Shown: positions 43,515 to 58,500 of the stretch, one piece after another | How the letters are laid out: each line of letters begins with the position of its first letter | Position numbering within the stretch: the stretch's first letter is position 1 | From: Isurus oxyrinchus | Lineage: Eukaryota | Direction of reading: 5' to 3' | NCBI GenBank assembly: GCA_026770705.1 | Contig: JANJGN010000024.1 | Coordinates: forward strand, 14,694,001-14,758,000 | Length of the DNA: 64,000 bases | Position numbers and translations under genes: made by a program | Notes under the pieces: generated by a model | Told to the model about the DNA's origin: nothing | Databases searched by the model: none | The model's input: only the letters and a program-made list of their open reading frames with translations

Positions 43515-46500
43515 CCTTGAGAATCCCACTCCCTTTCAGAGGAAACAAACTTCCCCAGGCTGGGGCAAGAGATGTAACACTCATAAACTTTCTGTAAATT
43601 TTAGTGCTGTGAGTTGTGTGATCTGCTACTTGTATTTTGCATTAGAATCCTAGACTGAGAGCAGACATAAATGAAAACTTGTCCTAGTAATAGTCCCGTC
43701 AGAGTAAACCTAAACAGCATTTTGTACCCTGAGGTATTCACTATCATGTTTTAAGCCTTCTTGTGTTTGAGACAGAAGGTGGTAGGTTTAAGCCTTAATT
43801 GCAGGTAAGCCAGGCCGTCACTCCAGTGCAGTACTGAGCGTGTGCCGCACTGCCGTTTGGATGAGACATTAAACCAAGATTGTAAAAGATCTCAACTGTT
43901 CTGGAAAAATTGCAAGGAATTTCTGCCTGGTTTTCTGGTCAATGTTTATCCCTCAACCAACGCCATTAAAGCATTCATCTCATTGCTGTTTCTGGGAGCT
44001 TGCTGTTGCTTTTGCCTAAATTACAATAGTGACTGCACTTCAAAAGTATCTTGTTGGCTGTGATATGATTTGGGGTGCCCTGAGGTGGTAAAAAGCACTA
44101 AGTAAATGCAAGTTCCGATTCTTTCTTTGGAGGTCTTGTGGCTCAGTGGATAGTGTTTGCTGCTGAGTCAAAATTCTGGGTTCAAGTCCCACTCCAGAAC
44201 TTGATGGCCATGGAAGGTGTGTTCACAACACAGCCAAACCGATTGATTGTCAATCTGTAAATCCTTTTAACATGCCTACTGCAGGCCATAGGAGGGGGAG
44301 AGACTCTAGGTCAGCTGTACTTGGTGCGGAGTGGTGCCCCTCAAGTTATAACCTCTGGCTTCAGGCTAGCGACCTGTTCCAGGAAATGTGAGCTATGGAA
44401 AGAAATATAAGCACGTGCTTCGTCTGCCTAATACATCTCTAGATGCGGGAAGCCTTCTAAGTCTATTCTCTCTTTACTCCTTCCCACATTCTCACAAGCT
44501 GAGTGATTCAAACTCAGACTCCGTAGCAGAGGCAATGTTGGTCCCCTACTTCTCCAATCAGGTGTCTGTTTGACAAGATCATGCCAGCCAAACCTAATAC
44601 TACCCTCGATTGATATCCCCATGTGAGCATTCGTCTAGCAGGCTTGCTTGGTGAGTGAGCTGAACAGAAACAGGCCATTCAGCCCAATCAGCTATCTGGT
44701 GAATAATTCAAGATAACTGAAAAGGCCACAGAACAAGAAATAACCTTTAGACCGTCAACTTTGTTTACACTTTAGTTACTTGATAAACCAATTGAATCTT
44801 TGTTCTGTGAGTTTATTTCTGAAACCTGAAGAAGTAGCATCTGGAGGCCCAGTGTGAGCTGGTTTACAACTCACCTAAAGGGACATTAAAAAAATTAGTT
44901 CTTTTGAAAAGAATTTAACATCCTGTCTTAAAACTACCCCGTTCAGTGTGCTTTGATTATAATAGAAAGTTATATTCGTGTTGAATTTGGCTGTGGATGT
45001 ATAATATGGAAATTAATGCATGATATGTATTCATTTTTCTCTGCTTCATTGAAAGCTCCCAAGCCGTGGTTATGGCTTAACTGACCTTGGTTGCCTAGTT
45101 TTATAAATGAAAGATAATTTTTAGCTGATTGGACAAATTAACAAAGGTAAGATCTGCAGCAGAGATTTAGAAGGGACAGTTAACAGAGATGGGCTGGGAA
45201 GAAAGCCTGTGCAATGTCAGTGTGGAGATAACAGTTATTGAGGTTAATTGGTTTCTCACCTTTGCGCCCCTTCTCTCCTGAAGGGGTTAACCCTCCACTG
45301 AGAGTATGATTTCACAGACAGCATTAACCTCAGAAGCTTGTGCAGGTGGTCATTGTTCATTATGTGAGACATGACTGTAAGCATCAGCAAGCTGTTTAAC
45401 GATGTGCGCACCATGATTGAGTCCGATCCTATCCTTGCTCAATGTCCACGCATACTCCCAGCAGGGATTTCTGCTCAGTAATTCAGGAGCAAGAGCCATA
45501 ATCACTACTGAAGCCCGGGTCTGTATCTGCCCTGGCTGAGATCACCCAATGTAGCCCGCACTGGACTTCTAACCTTGTATGACTTGTGTGTTGGAGCTGT
45601 CAGGCTGCACTCATGAAAAAAAAAGAAAAAACTTGCATTTATATATAGTTCCTTTCATATCCTGAGGACGTTTCAAAGTGCTTTACAGTCACCTAGCTAT
45701 TAAATTTGAAGTGTAAAAGTGCAGCAGCCAATCTGCTCACAGCAAGCTCCAGCAGACAGCAATGTGATGATGACCACATATTGTGTTTTTCTGATGTTAG
45801 CTGAGAGATAATATTGGCCTGGATACTGGGGATCACTTTCCTGCTGTTCTTTGAAATAGTGCCATGGGACTTTCTTAATGTCTAACTAAAAGGGTAGATG
45901 GGCCCTGCATCTGAAGGACAACACTGCCAACAGTGCAGCACACCTTCAGTAATGTTGCCAATTCTGATTAAATGCATGCCTGGAGGTTTCACCACATGAC
46001 TTGCCCCCATGGTCCTGCCATCAGTCGACCAACACATCCATCCTTGTGATGCACTGCCTTCCTATGCCAACTGGAATTCAAAAAAGCTCATTACCCAATT
46101 GGATGATGCTTAACTGTCAGCCAAAAAGCCTCCCCCACCCCACTCCTCCGTTTGCAATGTTTTAAATCTGGTAAAGAGAAATGTTCAAAGAAAATTACAA
46201 AAAAAAAAATTTAATGTCCCAATGATTTTTCTCCAGATTTGCACACAGCAGTGTCCTGGAGATCGATTTTCAATTCCTGGAGACTCCAGGCCAATCCTGG
46301 AGGGTTGGCAACCCAACTGGAGTGTTAGCCCCATTTGTATGTATAAGGTTCTGGAGTGGGACTTGAACCCACAGGCTCAGAGGCCTGTACGTTACTAACT
46401 GAGTGACAGCTGACACCTAGAGCCATTTCTAGAGCTCAATAAATGGTCCCACCTCACTGCCCCTGTCCATAGCTTAGCAAATGTTGGTAATTCTAATAAT

Positions 46501-49500
46501 ACACAGTTGCATGGCATGTCATGCTTTATCATTAAATATGCCACAGGCATCATACAATGTTTCATTTCTTGTCACGTACTATTACCAGCCAGTGGAACAA
46601 TTCTGTAAGAAAGCCAGGAAGCAATATCTGGTGCCATGATAAAACTAGTAGAATTTTGTGTATGTGCTGTAATAGATATCTAAAAGTGTGTTTGTATAAA
46701 TTTGAGTTCAGACTCATTTCAGCAAACGTTCTGTAAAGTTATGAAGTAAGTTGTTGTAGGGAGTGGATGTGAAGACATTAACACTTTTTAATGCACCTTT
46801 TTAATTACAGAAAACTGTGACCATGAGGTCTTCAATATCAGTTGGTAAGCATTTTTTATATTAATATTCCATTTTAATTATAAAATATTTATTATTTTCT
46901 GATTGCCTGCAGCTGCCATGTTTGATGTCATCCCCCATTGCTGTCAGTGCGGCTTTTTAAATACTGCTGAGGTGCTGGATGTGGGATATGGTTCCACAAG
47001 TGCCATTAGCCCGGATATCCATTCTTGATGTGTTGGCATGGATGATATATGGGACATCCCTGACTGCTGTGGCTTAGCATTATAACGGCAACAATTTGTA
47101 TTTAATGTTAACTAGAAGTCTGAAGGTGCTTCGGAGGAGCGTTATAAAGCAGAATATGACAGAGTCACAGGGGTGATATTAAGCCAGATGACCAAAAGGA
47201 GCCAGAGAGGCACGTTTTAAGGAGTGTCTTAAAGGAGGAAAGCAAGATGGAGCAGTGTAGAGGGGGTATTCTAGAACTTGGGGCCTACGCAGCTAAAGGT
47301 ATGGGCATCAATAGTGGAATCATTAAAACCGGAAATCAGAGGCTAGAATTAAGCGAGTGCAGATATCTTGGAGTGTTGTGGGGCTGGAGGAGATTACAGA
47401 GATCAGGAGGGGTAAGACCATGGAGGGATTTAAAAACAAGGATGAGAATTTTAAAATTGAGGAGTTGCCTGACTGGGAGCCAATGTAGATCAGTATGCAC
47501 AGGGGTGATAATTGACCTGGACCTGGAGCACAGGCAGCAAAGTTTTGGATCACCTCAAGTTTACAGAGGGTAGAAGGTTGGAGCTGAGCCAAGGTTGCAT
47601 TGGAATAGCCATGTCTAGAGGTAACAAAGGCATGTTTGGGAGTTTGAGCAGCAGATGAGCTAAGGCAGGGTGAAGTCAGGTGACGAAGGCGAAAATAGGG
47701 AGTCTTAGTGATGGCGCAGACCTGTGGTTGGAAGTTCACCTTGGGGTCACGTATGACACCAAGGTTGCAAACAGACTGGTTTAGTCTCAGACAGCTGTTA
47801 GGCAGAAGGATGGAGTTTTTAAAAAAAAAATGCTTATTCATTCATGAGATGTGGGCATTGCTATCTAGGCCAGTATTTATTGCCCACCCAAATAGCCCTT
47901 GAGAAGGTGGTGGTGAGCTGCCTCCATGAACTGCTGCAGTCCATGTGGTGTAGGAACACTCGCAATGCTGTTTGGAAGGGAATTCCAGGATTTTAACCCA
48001 GCGACAGTGAAGGAATGGCGATATATTTCCAAATCAGGATGGTGTGTGGCATGGAGGAGAACGTGCAGGTGTTGGTGTTCCCATGCATCTGCTGCCCTTG
48101 TCCTTCTAGATGGCAGAGGTTGTGAGTTTAGATGTTGCTGCCGAAGGAGCCTTGGTGAGTGCATCTTGTGGATGGTACACACTGCTGCCACTGTGCCTCA
48201 GTGGTGGAGAGAGTAAATGTGTAAGGTGGTGGATGGGGTGCCAATCAAGCCAACTGCTTTGTCCTCGATTGTGTCAAGCTTATTGAGTGTTGGTGGAGCT
48301 GCGGTCATCTAGGCAAGTGGAGAGTATTCCATCACATTCCTAGCTTATGTCTTATAGATGGTGGGCAGGCTTTGGGACTCAGGAGGTGAATTGCTGTCCG
48401 CAGAATTTCCAGTCTCTGACCTGCTCTTGTAGTGATAGTATTAATATGGCTGGCCCAGTTAAGTTTCTGGTTAATGGTACCTCCCAGGATCTTAATAGTG
48501 GGGGACTCAGCAGCGGTAATGCCATTGAATGTCAAGGGGAGATGGTTAGATTCTCTATTGTTGGAGATGGTCAATGCCTGGCACTTGTGTGGCGCGAATG
48601 TTACATGCCACTTAGCCCAAAGTTGTCCAGTTCTTGTTGCATATGGATACAGTTTCAGTATTTGAAGAGTGATTGAGAGAGAAAGGTGTTGTGTAAGTTG
48701 CTAATTTTGGCTCTTAAGATATAAACTGCTAAATAATATGTTGATGTTACAGGTACCTCAATTACATGCATGAAATACTAAGGTGCCATTTAAAAGTCAA
48801 GTGGTGAACATGGAAGCCTTCTACATCTTGTCAGTTTTTTTATTGTTTCCCATATTATCTCATCCTTTTAGAAGAGATGGCTTCTGATTGGTGTAAGATG
48901 ACACCAGAGCACTATCTGCAACATTGTCACCTCACTTTTATAAATGTGTTTAACGAGCTCCTCTTCAGCCAGCAACACGAGCCAACAAGATACCTCAAGT
49001 GGGCCCAGGAGGGACTGCTGCTCAGTAAAAAAGTGTAAGTTTATGAAAATACACAGCATACTAATGAGAACCATGGCCTGGATTTTGTACTAGTAGTGAC
49101 GGTGAAACTATTAATGTTCTCCATTGTTCCTTCTGTGTAACTGAAGCATCTTTGGGACTCCATAAATCTCCCGAATAACACGGAGATCCGGGAGTTGCTG
49201 TAAGTAATTGTATGCTACTCTAGAGAATGTTCTGTTGAGGTCACCCCAGACTGTTACCGATGAGAAATGTTTGAACTGTCAAGAATATCCACTTTTTAGC
49301 TCCGAGTCTCACTGTAAAACCTCTTGAATTATACTGACAATAAGGTGGACAAAGACCTCAGTGTTATAGAACTGACTTTGAAACACAAACACGCACACAC
49401 AAACACACTTGGACTCGGTGTAATTGGCATCAATTTCACTTGATGTATCATTTCCACCACAGCGAAAGCAAGGACTGGAGTCTTTAAAATTGCATTCTTA

Positions 49501-52500
49501 GTCCTCAATGTGCTCATTAGCAATGCAGTGACAAAGGATGCCTGTTGAGTGTGTGACTTTCAATAGGGCATGGATGGTGAAGGAATCTGTTGTCAGCTTT
49601 AATTGTTAGTACGTTTTAAGAAATAAATGTACTTTCAGAAAAGACAAAGTCACTGTCAGGAAACCAGATAGGCTGACATTTTTTAATTGTAACTTTTAAT
49701 TTAAATCCTGATATGATTAGATTTAAAACCTTTAAGACGTAGGAGAGAAGTAGGCCATTCGGCCCATTGAGTCTGCTCCACCATCCAATGAGATTATGGC
49801 TGACCTGATAATCCGCAACTCCACTTTCCTGCCTTTTCCCCATAATCTTTGATTTCCTTACTGATTAAAAATCTGTCCATCTCAGCCTTCAATATACTTA
49901 ATGACCCAACCTCTATAGTCCTCTTGGTAAAGAATTCCACAGATTAACTACCCTCTGAGAGAAGAAATTCCTCCTCATCTCTGTCTTAAATGGGTGACCC
50001 CTATCAAGACCCCTAAGAATCTTATATATTTCGCCTCTCATTCTTCTAAATTTCAGTGAGTACAGGCCCAATCTATTCAACCTCTCCTCATAAGAAAATC
50101 TCTCCATACCTGGGATCAGCCTAGTGAACTTTCATTGGATTGCCTCCAATGCCAGTACATCTTTCCTTAGACAAGGGGACCAAAACTGTTCACAGTATTC
50201 TAGGTGTGGTCTAACTAGTACCTTTTATAGTTTTAACAAGGCTTCCCCATCTTTATACTCTATTCCCTTTGAATTAAAGGCCAACATTCCATTTGCCTTC
50301 CCTATTACCTGTTGAACTTGTGTGCTAGCTTCTTGGGATTCATGTACGAGGACCCCCAAGTCCCTCTGTGCTGCAGCTTTCTGCAGTCTTTCTCCATTTA
50401 AATAATATTCAGCTCTTCTATTCTTCCTAGCAAAATGCATAATCTCACATTTTTCCACATTATATTCCATCTGCCAAGTTTTTGACCATTCACTTAACTT
50501 GCCTATATCCCTCTGTAGACTCTTTGTGTCATCCTCACCACTTGCCTTCCCACCTATTTTTGTGTCATCTGCAAACTTGGCAATAGTACATTCACTTCTC
50601 TCATCCAATTCATTAATATATATTGTAAATAATTGTGGCCCCAGCACTGATCCCTGTGGCATTCCACTAGTTACAGGTTTCCATCCTGAAAATTCCCCCT
50701 TTTTCCCAGTTTTCTGTCTTCTATTAATTAGCCAGCCCTCTATCCTTGCTAATATATTACCTGCAACACCATGGGTTGTTATCTTATTAAGTAGCCTTAT
50801 GGGTGGTACCTTATCCAACACTTTTGGAAATCCAAATATATTACCTCCACTCGTTCCCCTTTATCTATTCTGCTTGTTACATCCTCAAAGAATTCTAATA
50901 AATTTGTCAGGCATGATTTCCTCTTCATGAAGCCATGCTGACTCTGCTTGATTATATTATGCATTTCTAAATGCTCTGCTATTACATCATTTTTAATAGG
51001 CTCTAACGTTTTCCTAATGACAGGTGGGCTTAATGCATGTGGATAAAGGCCGGGGAGCAGGGCTAAGTAGGCAGGATTTTTTCTGTGGGATGGTACAGTT
51101 GGGATGGGCTGAATGGCCCCCATCTGTGCTGTAAAAATTTCATGTTATTATATGTTAGTACATCTTTCGTGGCATTGGTCACATTGAGTCGGCGGAGACG
51201 GTATTTTGTAGCAATAGTGGTGTCTATGCCACGAAGGAGGCAACATCAGGGCCATTGAATTACAGCGACTCAATAAGTCAAAGCACATTTTTATTTTTGT
51301 GGGATTTCTAATGGTGTTTTTGGGATTACATTCTGCGATGTTCCATTATTCTGTGCAAACCATAAACGAGTTACCTTTATTGCACATTTATGTTTCTTTA
51401 CCCATTTTGGTGTTTTGATATCCTTCACTGGTTTCAGTGCTCAGCATACACAGTAACGTGGTTTGCAAGCTGTACCAGTTGGAGTTAGAAATGCAGTATG
51501 TAGAATTACTGGGTTAGGGGGAGTGGAGGACTGCAGCTTTGAGGGCACTCTTGCACATTGGTAGCACAGGAAGATGGTCATGATCTTTGGTGGAAATGGG
51601 GTGGAAGTCTTGGAGTTCGACAGCACTGGTGTTAGGTGCCCGGGATTTTACAGCACAGTGGATCATCCTTTGGCCTGAATACTACTTCACAGTAAATTGG
51701 GTTAGGAAGACCAGAGGGCATGAATTTCAATTAGTGAAAGTTACATTTAGAACAGATAGATTAGAAAGAACTTCTTTATTCAAAGGTGATGACTGTTTAG
51801 AATTACTAGTTCAGCAGGTTATTTGAAGCAAAGACATTGGGGGCATTTGGTTATAGGCCGGGATTTTCCGGCCCTGACACCAGCGGGCATCGTCGCAGGT
51901 GGAACGGGAAAATTTGGAGAGCCATTAACTTTTAGCAGCTCTCTAAATTTTCCCATGCCCACTGGGTGTGGGGGCCAGAAAACTCTGCCCATAGACCGGG
52001 TGGAGTTTAGGAATGAGCTTTGACAGGTCAAATGGGCTATTTCTGTCCTTGACTAATATGTCCTCAACCCAACATAAGCATTAAGGTAATATTCCGCGTT
52101 TGCCTTCTTCAAGCTATTTCTTAGTCAGGTTCACCCTTAACCTTCTATCGAAGTTTGAAATTAATCTCAAGTCGGTTGGTACTAGGGATGGAACAACTTG
52201 GCAGTGATGGCTCTGAGCCAGAAACTGGGTGAGCAGAATATCAAACCAAGGTTTCTTGCTTGTGGTTGCAAGCAAGTTAACCCTGCTGGGAAGTGCCATG
52301 TATGATATGCTTATCCTTGCCACCCTCATATCAGGTAAAGCCTGGTCACCCCTCTTGTCTGTGTGACAACTGAGACAACCAATTGCCTATAATAGTCAGG
52401 ATGATGGGTCTAATCACTTTCCTGTCACAAACCCTGTTTCACGGCCCAGTCTCACCTTTCCCTGCTGGTCTTTTCCAGTGCAGCAGACCATCTGGGACAG

Positions 52501-55500
52501 GAGTTATATCTTGGCAACATAATCTAGAATCTGTTGGCATAATGAGCTGGAACCAGGCCCTGAACATTGTGGAGAATGTGTAGGAGTTCCAGCGGCAGTT
52601 TTCACACCCATTGCTTTATGTTAAAATTAAACACCCAGCTTAATGACTTTGTGCAATAAAAATAAAATTCATACCTTTCAACTCTTTATTTTGTTGAGAC
52701 GCAAGGTTGCTTACTCTGGTTAGACATATTCCTGGATGTTTCAGCACATGACCCCCCTCCACCTCCAACCGCCCCACCCAGTCAAATAGTCTTTATTCAA
52801 GTCTTTGAATATATTTGAAACTAGTAAACAAAGTGACAAAACCTAAGCAATTTTTTACAATTTTCTCCAACGATTTATTTTCCCTTCTCGTTGCTCACAG
52901 CAATGCCCATGAGATTAATCTTTAATTCTTGGAGACTCCAGGACCAACTTGGAGAGGTGGGAGAGGAGATGAACATTTTGGTCCCAGCCTTTCAACTAAT
53001 TCTCATAAACCTATAAAATTCTGAGGAGACTTGACAGGGTAACTGTTGAGAGGATGTTTCCCTTTATGGGGGAATCTAGAGCTGATGGGCCCAGTTTCAA
53101 AATGAGGATCCCCCCATTTAAGATGGAGATGAAGGGGAATGTCTTCTGTCAGAAAGTTGTTAGTGTTTAGAATTCTCTCCCTCAGTGAACACTGGTGGCT
53201 CTGTCGTTGAATATATTCACGGCTGAGTTAGACCGATTTTTGATTGAGAAGAGAGTCAATGGTAATGGGGGACAGGCAGGAAAGTGGAGTTAGGGCCACA
53301 TCAGATCAGCCAAGATCTTATTGACTGGCGGAGCAGGTTCAAGGGGCTGAATGGCCTACTGCTCTTATTTCTTATGCTCTTATTACTTCAAGGGTGGTCA
53401 GCTCACACATTGCTGAGCAATCAGTGCCAGCCTTCAAATGTGCATACACTTCTCCCGTCACCTAGTTCACTTGTCAAACTTGTACTAAGCAAAGTGAAAG
53501 GTTTGTAACAAGCCAAAGCTTCTGGGGGCCCAAACCAGACCCTGAACCCCTGGTGAGCTTTCCCAAACCACCACCTTTGGCTGAACCTTCATTCCCCGCC
53601 CCGCAAAACAAAAACTGTAACTCGGCCTGAACATTGTGCTCCTGACTACCCATTGAATTTAAAGGAAAATATTCCAGGAATAAATACTTTCCATCAAACA
53701 CTTCAGCTGCAATGGCTGGGAGCTGAGCTCTGTTGCAACTGCATAAAAAGTATGCTTTGTTGCAGCAAGGAATTTGGAATTTGCACTCAGTTGTACCAAT
53801 CGGACATCTCATTTAGAGATTGTTAACAATACAAACTTCAGAAAATGGAAATCCAAATTCGTCCAAATAGTTTTTCCTTCCACGCCAATTAGCCCTCTCC
53901 TTTATTTTATTCATTCTTGGGTTGTGGGTTTCGTTGGCAGGGCCGATGTTTATTGCCCATCCCTAGTTGCCCTTTATTCAATCACTGCAGTGCTGTTGGT
54001 TAGGATTTTGGCCCAGTCACAAATCTGGAATGGTGCTAGATGTACAGTATAATATGGCATGCTTGTATGTGAAAGAACAAAGAAAGACTTACATTTATGT
54101 AATGCTCTTCACACCACATGACAGCCCATTAAGTACTTTTTGAAGTATACTCACTTTTGTAAAGTGAGAAATGTGGCAGCCAAATTGCGCACAGCAAGCT
54201 CCAACAAACAGCAATGTGATAATGATAAGATAATAAATATTGGCCAGGATACTGGGCAATACTCCTCTTCGAAATAGTGCCATGGGATCCTTTACGTCCA
54301 ACCGAGCAGGCAGATGCGGCCTTGGTTTAACATCCCATCCAAAAGCTGGCATCTCCAACAGTGCAGTACTCCCTCAGTCCTTGATTTTTGTGCTCAAGCC
54401 CTGGAGTGGTTCAGAGAGGCGCAAGTGCTACCCATTAGAAGGTTCCAGCAATCTTCTGATACCTCACCTATGTGTCCAATGAAGAATGGTGTGTGCCTTG
54501 CCTTGCCTTGGAGGGGAACCTACAGACAGTGGTGTTTGCATGCAGTGTGCTGTTGTTGTCCTTCTAGGTGGCGGAGATCATGTGTTTGGAGGATTCTGCC
54601 AAAGCAACCTTGGCATAAAGCGTACGGAAGGACCAACGTTGGGCTTGGCTTATTACTGTTGTATGTGGGCCATTAGCCTTCAGCTATCTCACCCACCTGT
54701 CATATGAATATGCGTACATACATACGATCATATGAAATAGGAGCAGAAGTAGGCCATTTGGCCCCTTGAGCCTGCTCCACCATTAAATAAGATCATGACC
54801 GATCTGTTTCTGTTTCGAATTCCACATTCCCATCTACCCCCGATAACATTTGATTCCCTTGCCTAACAAGAATCTATCTACCTCTGCCTTAAAAATATTC
54901 AATGACCCCGCCTCGGTCACCTCCTGAGTCAGGGAGTTCCAAAGTCGCACAACCCTCTGAGAGACAAAAATTTCTCTTCATCCCTGTCCTAAAAGGGTGA
55001 CGCCTCATTCCGGACTCACCATAAGAGGAAACATTCTTTCGAGGCCTTTTGAGGTATGGTAGAGCCATGACAGCCCAGGCTGAACTTGACATGAATATAC
55101 ATGAAGTTTGCAGCAAGTGTCACTAGAAAACAACAAGGAGTGAGACCTTATCCTCAATCCAGGCGTGCTTAGGCTGATGATGGTGTCCAGCGATCGGTGC
55201 AGGTGAGATCAGCTTAGTTTACTTTCACGAGTCTATCTTAAAAGAAAATTGAAAAATTCAACTTTCTTTAGGTGCTGTCTCTTTTCTTCATTTTCCACCC
55301 CTAAATCACATGCACCGTCCATGCGCAGACAGTTGGCCTGTCCCTAGGTTGATGTAAATGTTTAGAGTTTTTTTGGCAGCTTAGGCCTCGGTTACAGCCA
55401 GCTTGCTCCCTACGTGTGTTTTACTTTCCCCTCTTACTTCAGGGAAAAATGCCCTCTTCTTCACAGCCTTATGGTTTTGGGAGCTTGCCAAGCCAGGAAT

Positions 55501-58500
55501 TGAGTGGGCAGATTGGCATTCTGCCATCATGTAGTGTGGGTTAGCACTCCAGCACATGACAGCACTGGGGGGGGCCCTGTAATTTTATTAATCGCTTATT
55601 TTCTCTCCATTGTTACATTACAGCGCCCTGTGGAATATTTTTTCCAATATGACAAGTGGCAGATCTGCTGACAGCTGCCGAGAGATACCTGTGAACAACC
55701 TTCCATTAGCATTTCATTTCAAAATTATTTTTCTCTTCTTTCTGCTGAGAAACTGTCTCTAACATCCTCGTTTCTGATTTCTCTCGCCTCTGAGTCAGAA
55801 GGTTGTGGGTTCCAGATCCACTCCAGAGATTTGCACTCAATACCTGGGCTGACATTCCTAGTGCAGTACTGAAGGAGCCCTGCGCTGTCTGAGGTGCTGT
55901 CCTTCAGATCAGACATTAAACTGAGGCCCTGTCTGCCCTCTCATGTGAATGTAAACGATGTCATGGCATTGTTTTGAAGAAGAGCAGGAGAGTTCTCCTT
56001 GGTGTCTTGGCCAATGTTTATCCCTCAACCAGTATCAATTAAACAGATTATTTGGTTATTGTCATATTTCTGTTGTGGGAGCTTGCTGTGTGCAATTTTG
56101 GCTGTTGCATTTCTTCAGTGACTACATTTCAAAAACATCTCATTTGCTGTAAAGCACTTTTGGACGACCTGAGGTCATGAAAAGCGTTATATCTAGATGA
56201 TTTTCTGACTTTGTTTTTGACACAGGTTTAAGGTTTTGGGCAAGATTTGCAGGGGAACTTTCTCATGCAGCAAGTGATGATGACCCAAAACCTGCTGCCT
56301 ACAAGGGTGATAGAAGCGGAGATGACAAATGATTTCCCAAGGAAATTGGATAGACACTTGGGGGAAATAAACATGCAGGGCTACAGGGGCAGAATGGGGG
56401 AATGGGACTGACAGAGAGCTGGCATGGACTCAATGGGCCAAATGGCCTCCTCCTATGCTGTAATGACTCTTATAACTGGATTCCCTGATGGTTCATGATC
56501 TGATGTCTCTGACCTATACAGATGAGGAACGTTCCCAGTGACCTGTCACTACTCAGAGGGCCCCAAGGACAGGGAAGGGAAAGTCAGCCAGGGATTTTAT
56601 TGACAAGGTCACATGTAATTATAGATGTTTATTATTGCCTTGTATCTGCAGTTGTGTAACTTTTTTGAGTACAAACCTGTTTCCATCTGTTTCAGATGAA
56701 GTTACATTGTTTCATAGTTTGCCATTGTGAGATTTGAACTCTTGATCTTGGGGTTACAAACCCAGTACCATAACCACTTGGCTATTTAGGCCAAGCCATG
56801 TAATTATAGATACTCTTTCGAGCACAAACCCGTTTCCATCTGTTTCAGATGAAGTTACATTGTTTCATAGTTTTGCCAGTGCGAGAGTTGAACTCTTGAT
56901 CTTGGGGTTACAAACCCAGTACCATAACCACTTGGCTATTTAGGCCAAGCCATGTAATTATAGATGAGGAAGGATAATCATCCTAAGCTTAATTCATCCA
57001 TCTGAAGGTCATTAGCCATAGTCCACAAAGGGTCGTCCACAAAGGGCCATAGATATTTCTCTCCATTAGAGAGTCACAGTTGGTTTTATATAGCTTGAGG
57101 GGCACCATTCTGCAAACATGGAGCAAGGTGAGGAGGCAGTTCTCCATGAACTACCATAGCTGATACGGAATTGAACCCATACCATTGGCATTGCATTCTA
57201 GCCAACTGAGCTAACCAGCCTCCAGATTGGTCCATCTAGTAATTTGTCCATCTTATAGTCCTCATTGAATGCATCTAATTGTTTTTTAAACAATTAAATC
57301 CCAGTGTTTTTACCCCCACTATTCTATTGTATTCCTTTGAATGAAGAATAATTACTTGATTTTTGCCCTAAAATAACAGTTTCCTAGTTTGAACCTGTCC
57401 CCTTGACCTACTCTCACAATTTAATTTGAAAGAACAATTCAAATTTACTTTTTCCATTTCTTTAACTATTTGAAATATCTGCCGTAAGATCTCAGATCTC
57501 TCCTTTAGGCTGAAAAATCTTTGTTTCTCCAGTCTTTCCTCATAACTCGAACTTTTGACCTGAGCTTATGATTCTTCTTTGCACTACCTTCAGGTCACTG
57601 TGCAGCAACCATTACTGGAAGTGCATCTGCATTGATGTTAGATGAGGACACACTGGCCTTTCAGTGCTAACTGAATGGTGCCGTGTGGCTGAGGTGTGAG
57701 CAGGCAACTGCTGCCCTGGGAGCTGATGGAGGGGTTCAGTGGATTCAGGAAAAGAGGAGAGGGGAGAAGCCTGAAGTGCTTAAAAGGCACGGTACCTGGA
57801 TTCTGTGTTCTATCACCCTGTGGCAGTTGGAATGTAGATTGCAGCATGTTAAGGGAGTCCTGGAAATCGATGCAGTGATTGACAAAAGGCTGGAGAGGCA
57901 TCAATGGTCACTGTGCAAATGAGAATGGTCACCATGCCGAAGTCCGTGGTTAAACTGGGACTGTTGGGCCAAATGTGAAAAACATGAGAGTGACTTAGGG
58001 GAGAAATTAATTTAGCAATGGCAGATTGATGTTGGGTCATGACTTGGATCAAGCTGTTTTTCCTCCTGATTCTGCAGGAACTGCAAAGATGAGACCGTGG
58101 ATATAACTGTGATCCAGACCATGGAAATCATGTGGATGCTTTATGGAGAGATGCAAAAGAAATGTGTAAGTTAGAGCTTCTTATTTTGGAAATCTCATTG
58201 TGGTGGCAGTTACACTGATGGCTACATGCAAGTAACCACTTCCCGGAATGCCAGTCTGGAGCTGAATTATGATCTCCTATCAATGTCCTTACAGGAAATG
58301 GGCACTGTTGAATTGCAAAATTTCACAACGAGTCCCTAGGATGAGAGAGGAGGCACCTTATGCATGCTTTGTTGTATATTGACCAATTAATTTCTCCCCT
58401 TCCCCCTGAAAGCCTTGGCTTGAGTAATATGTCTCCATAGTCACTGGTGGAGTCCAGTATCTTGGACAGTGAATGCTGGTGAGCTTTTTTTAAAAAAAAA

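Noticed and set aside
56720-56796. Functional tRNA-Tyr gene
   Set aside because: Imperfect cloverleaf, extended unrelated 3' body and TSDs indicate a SINE.
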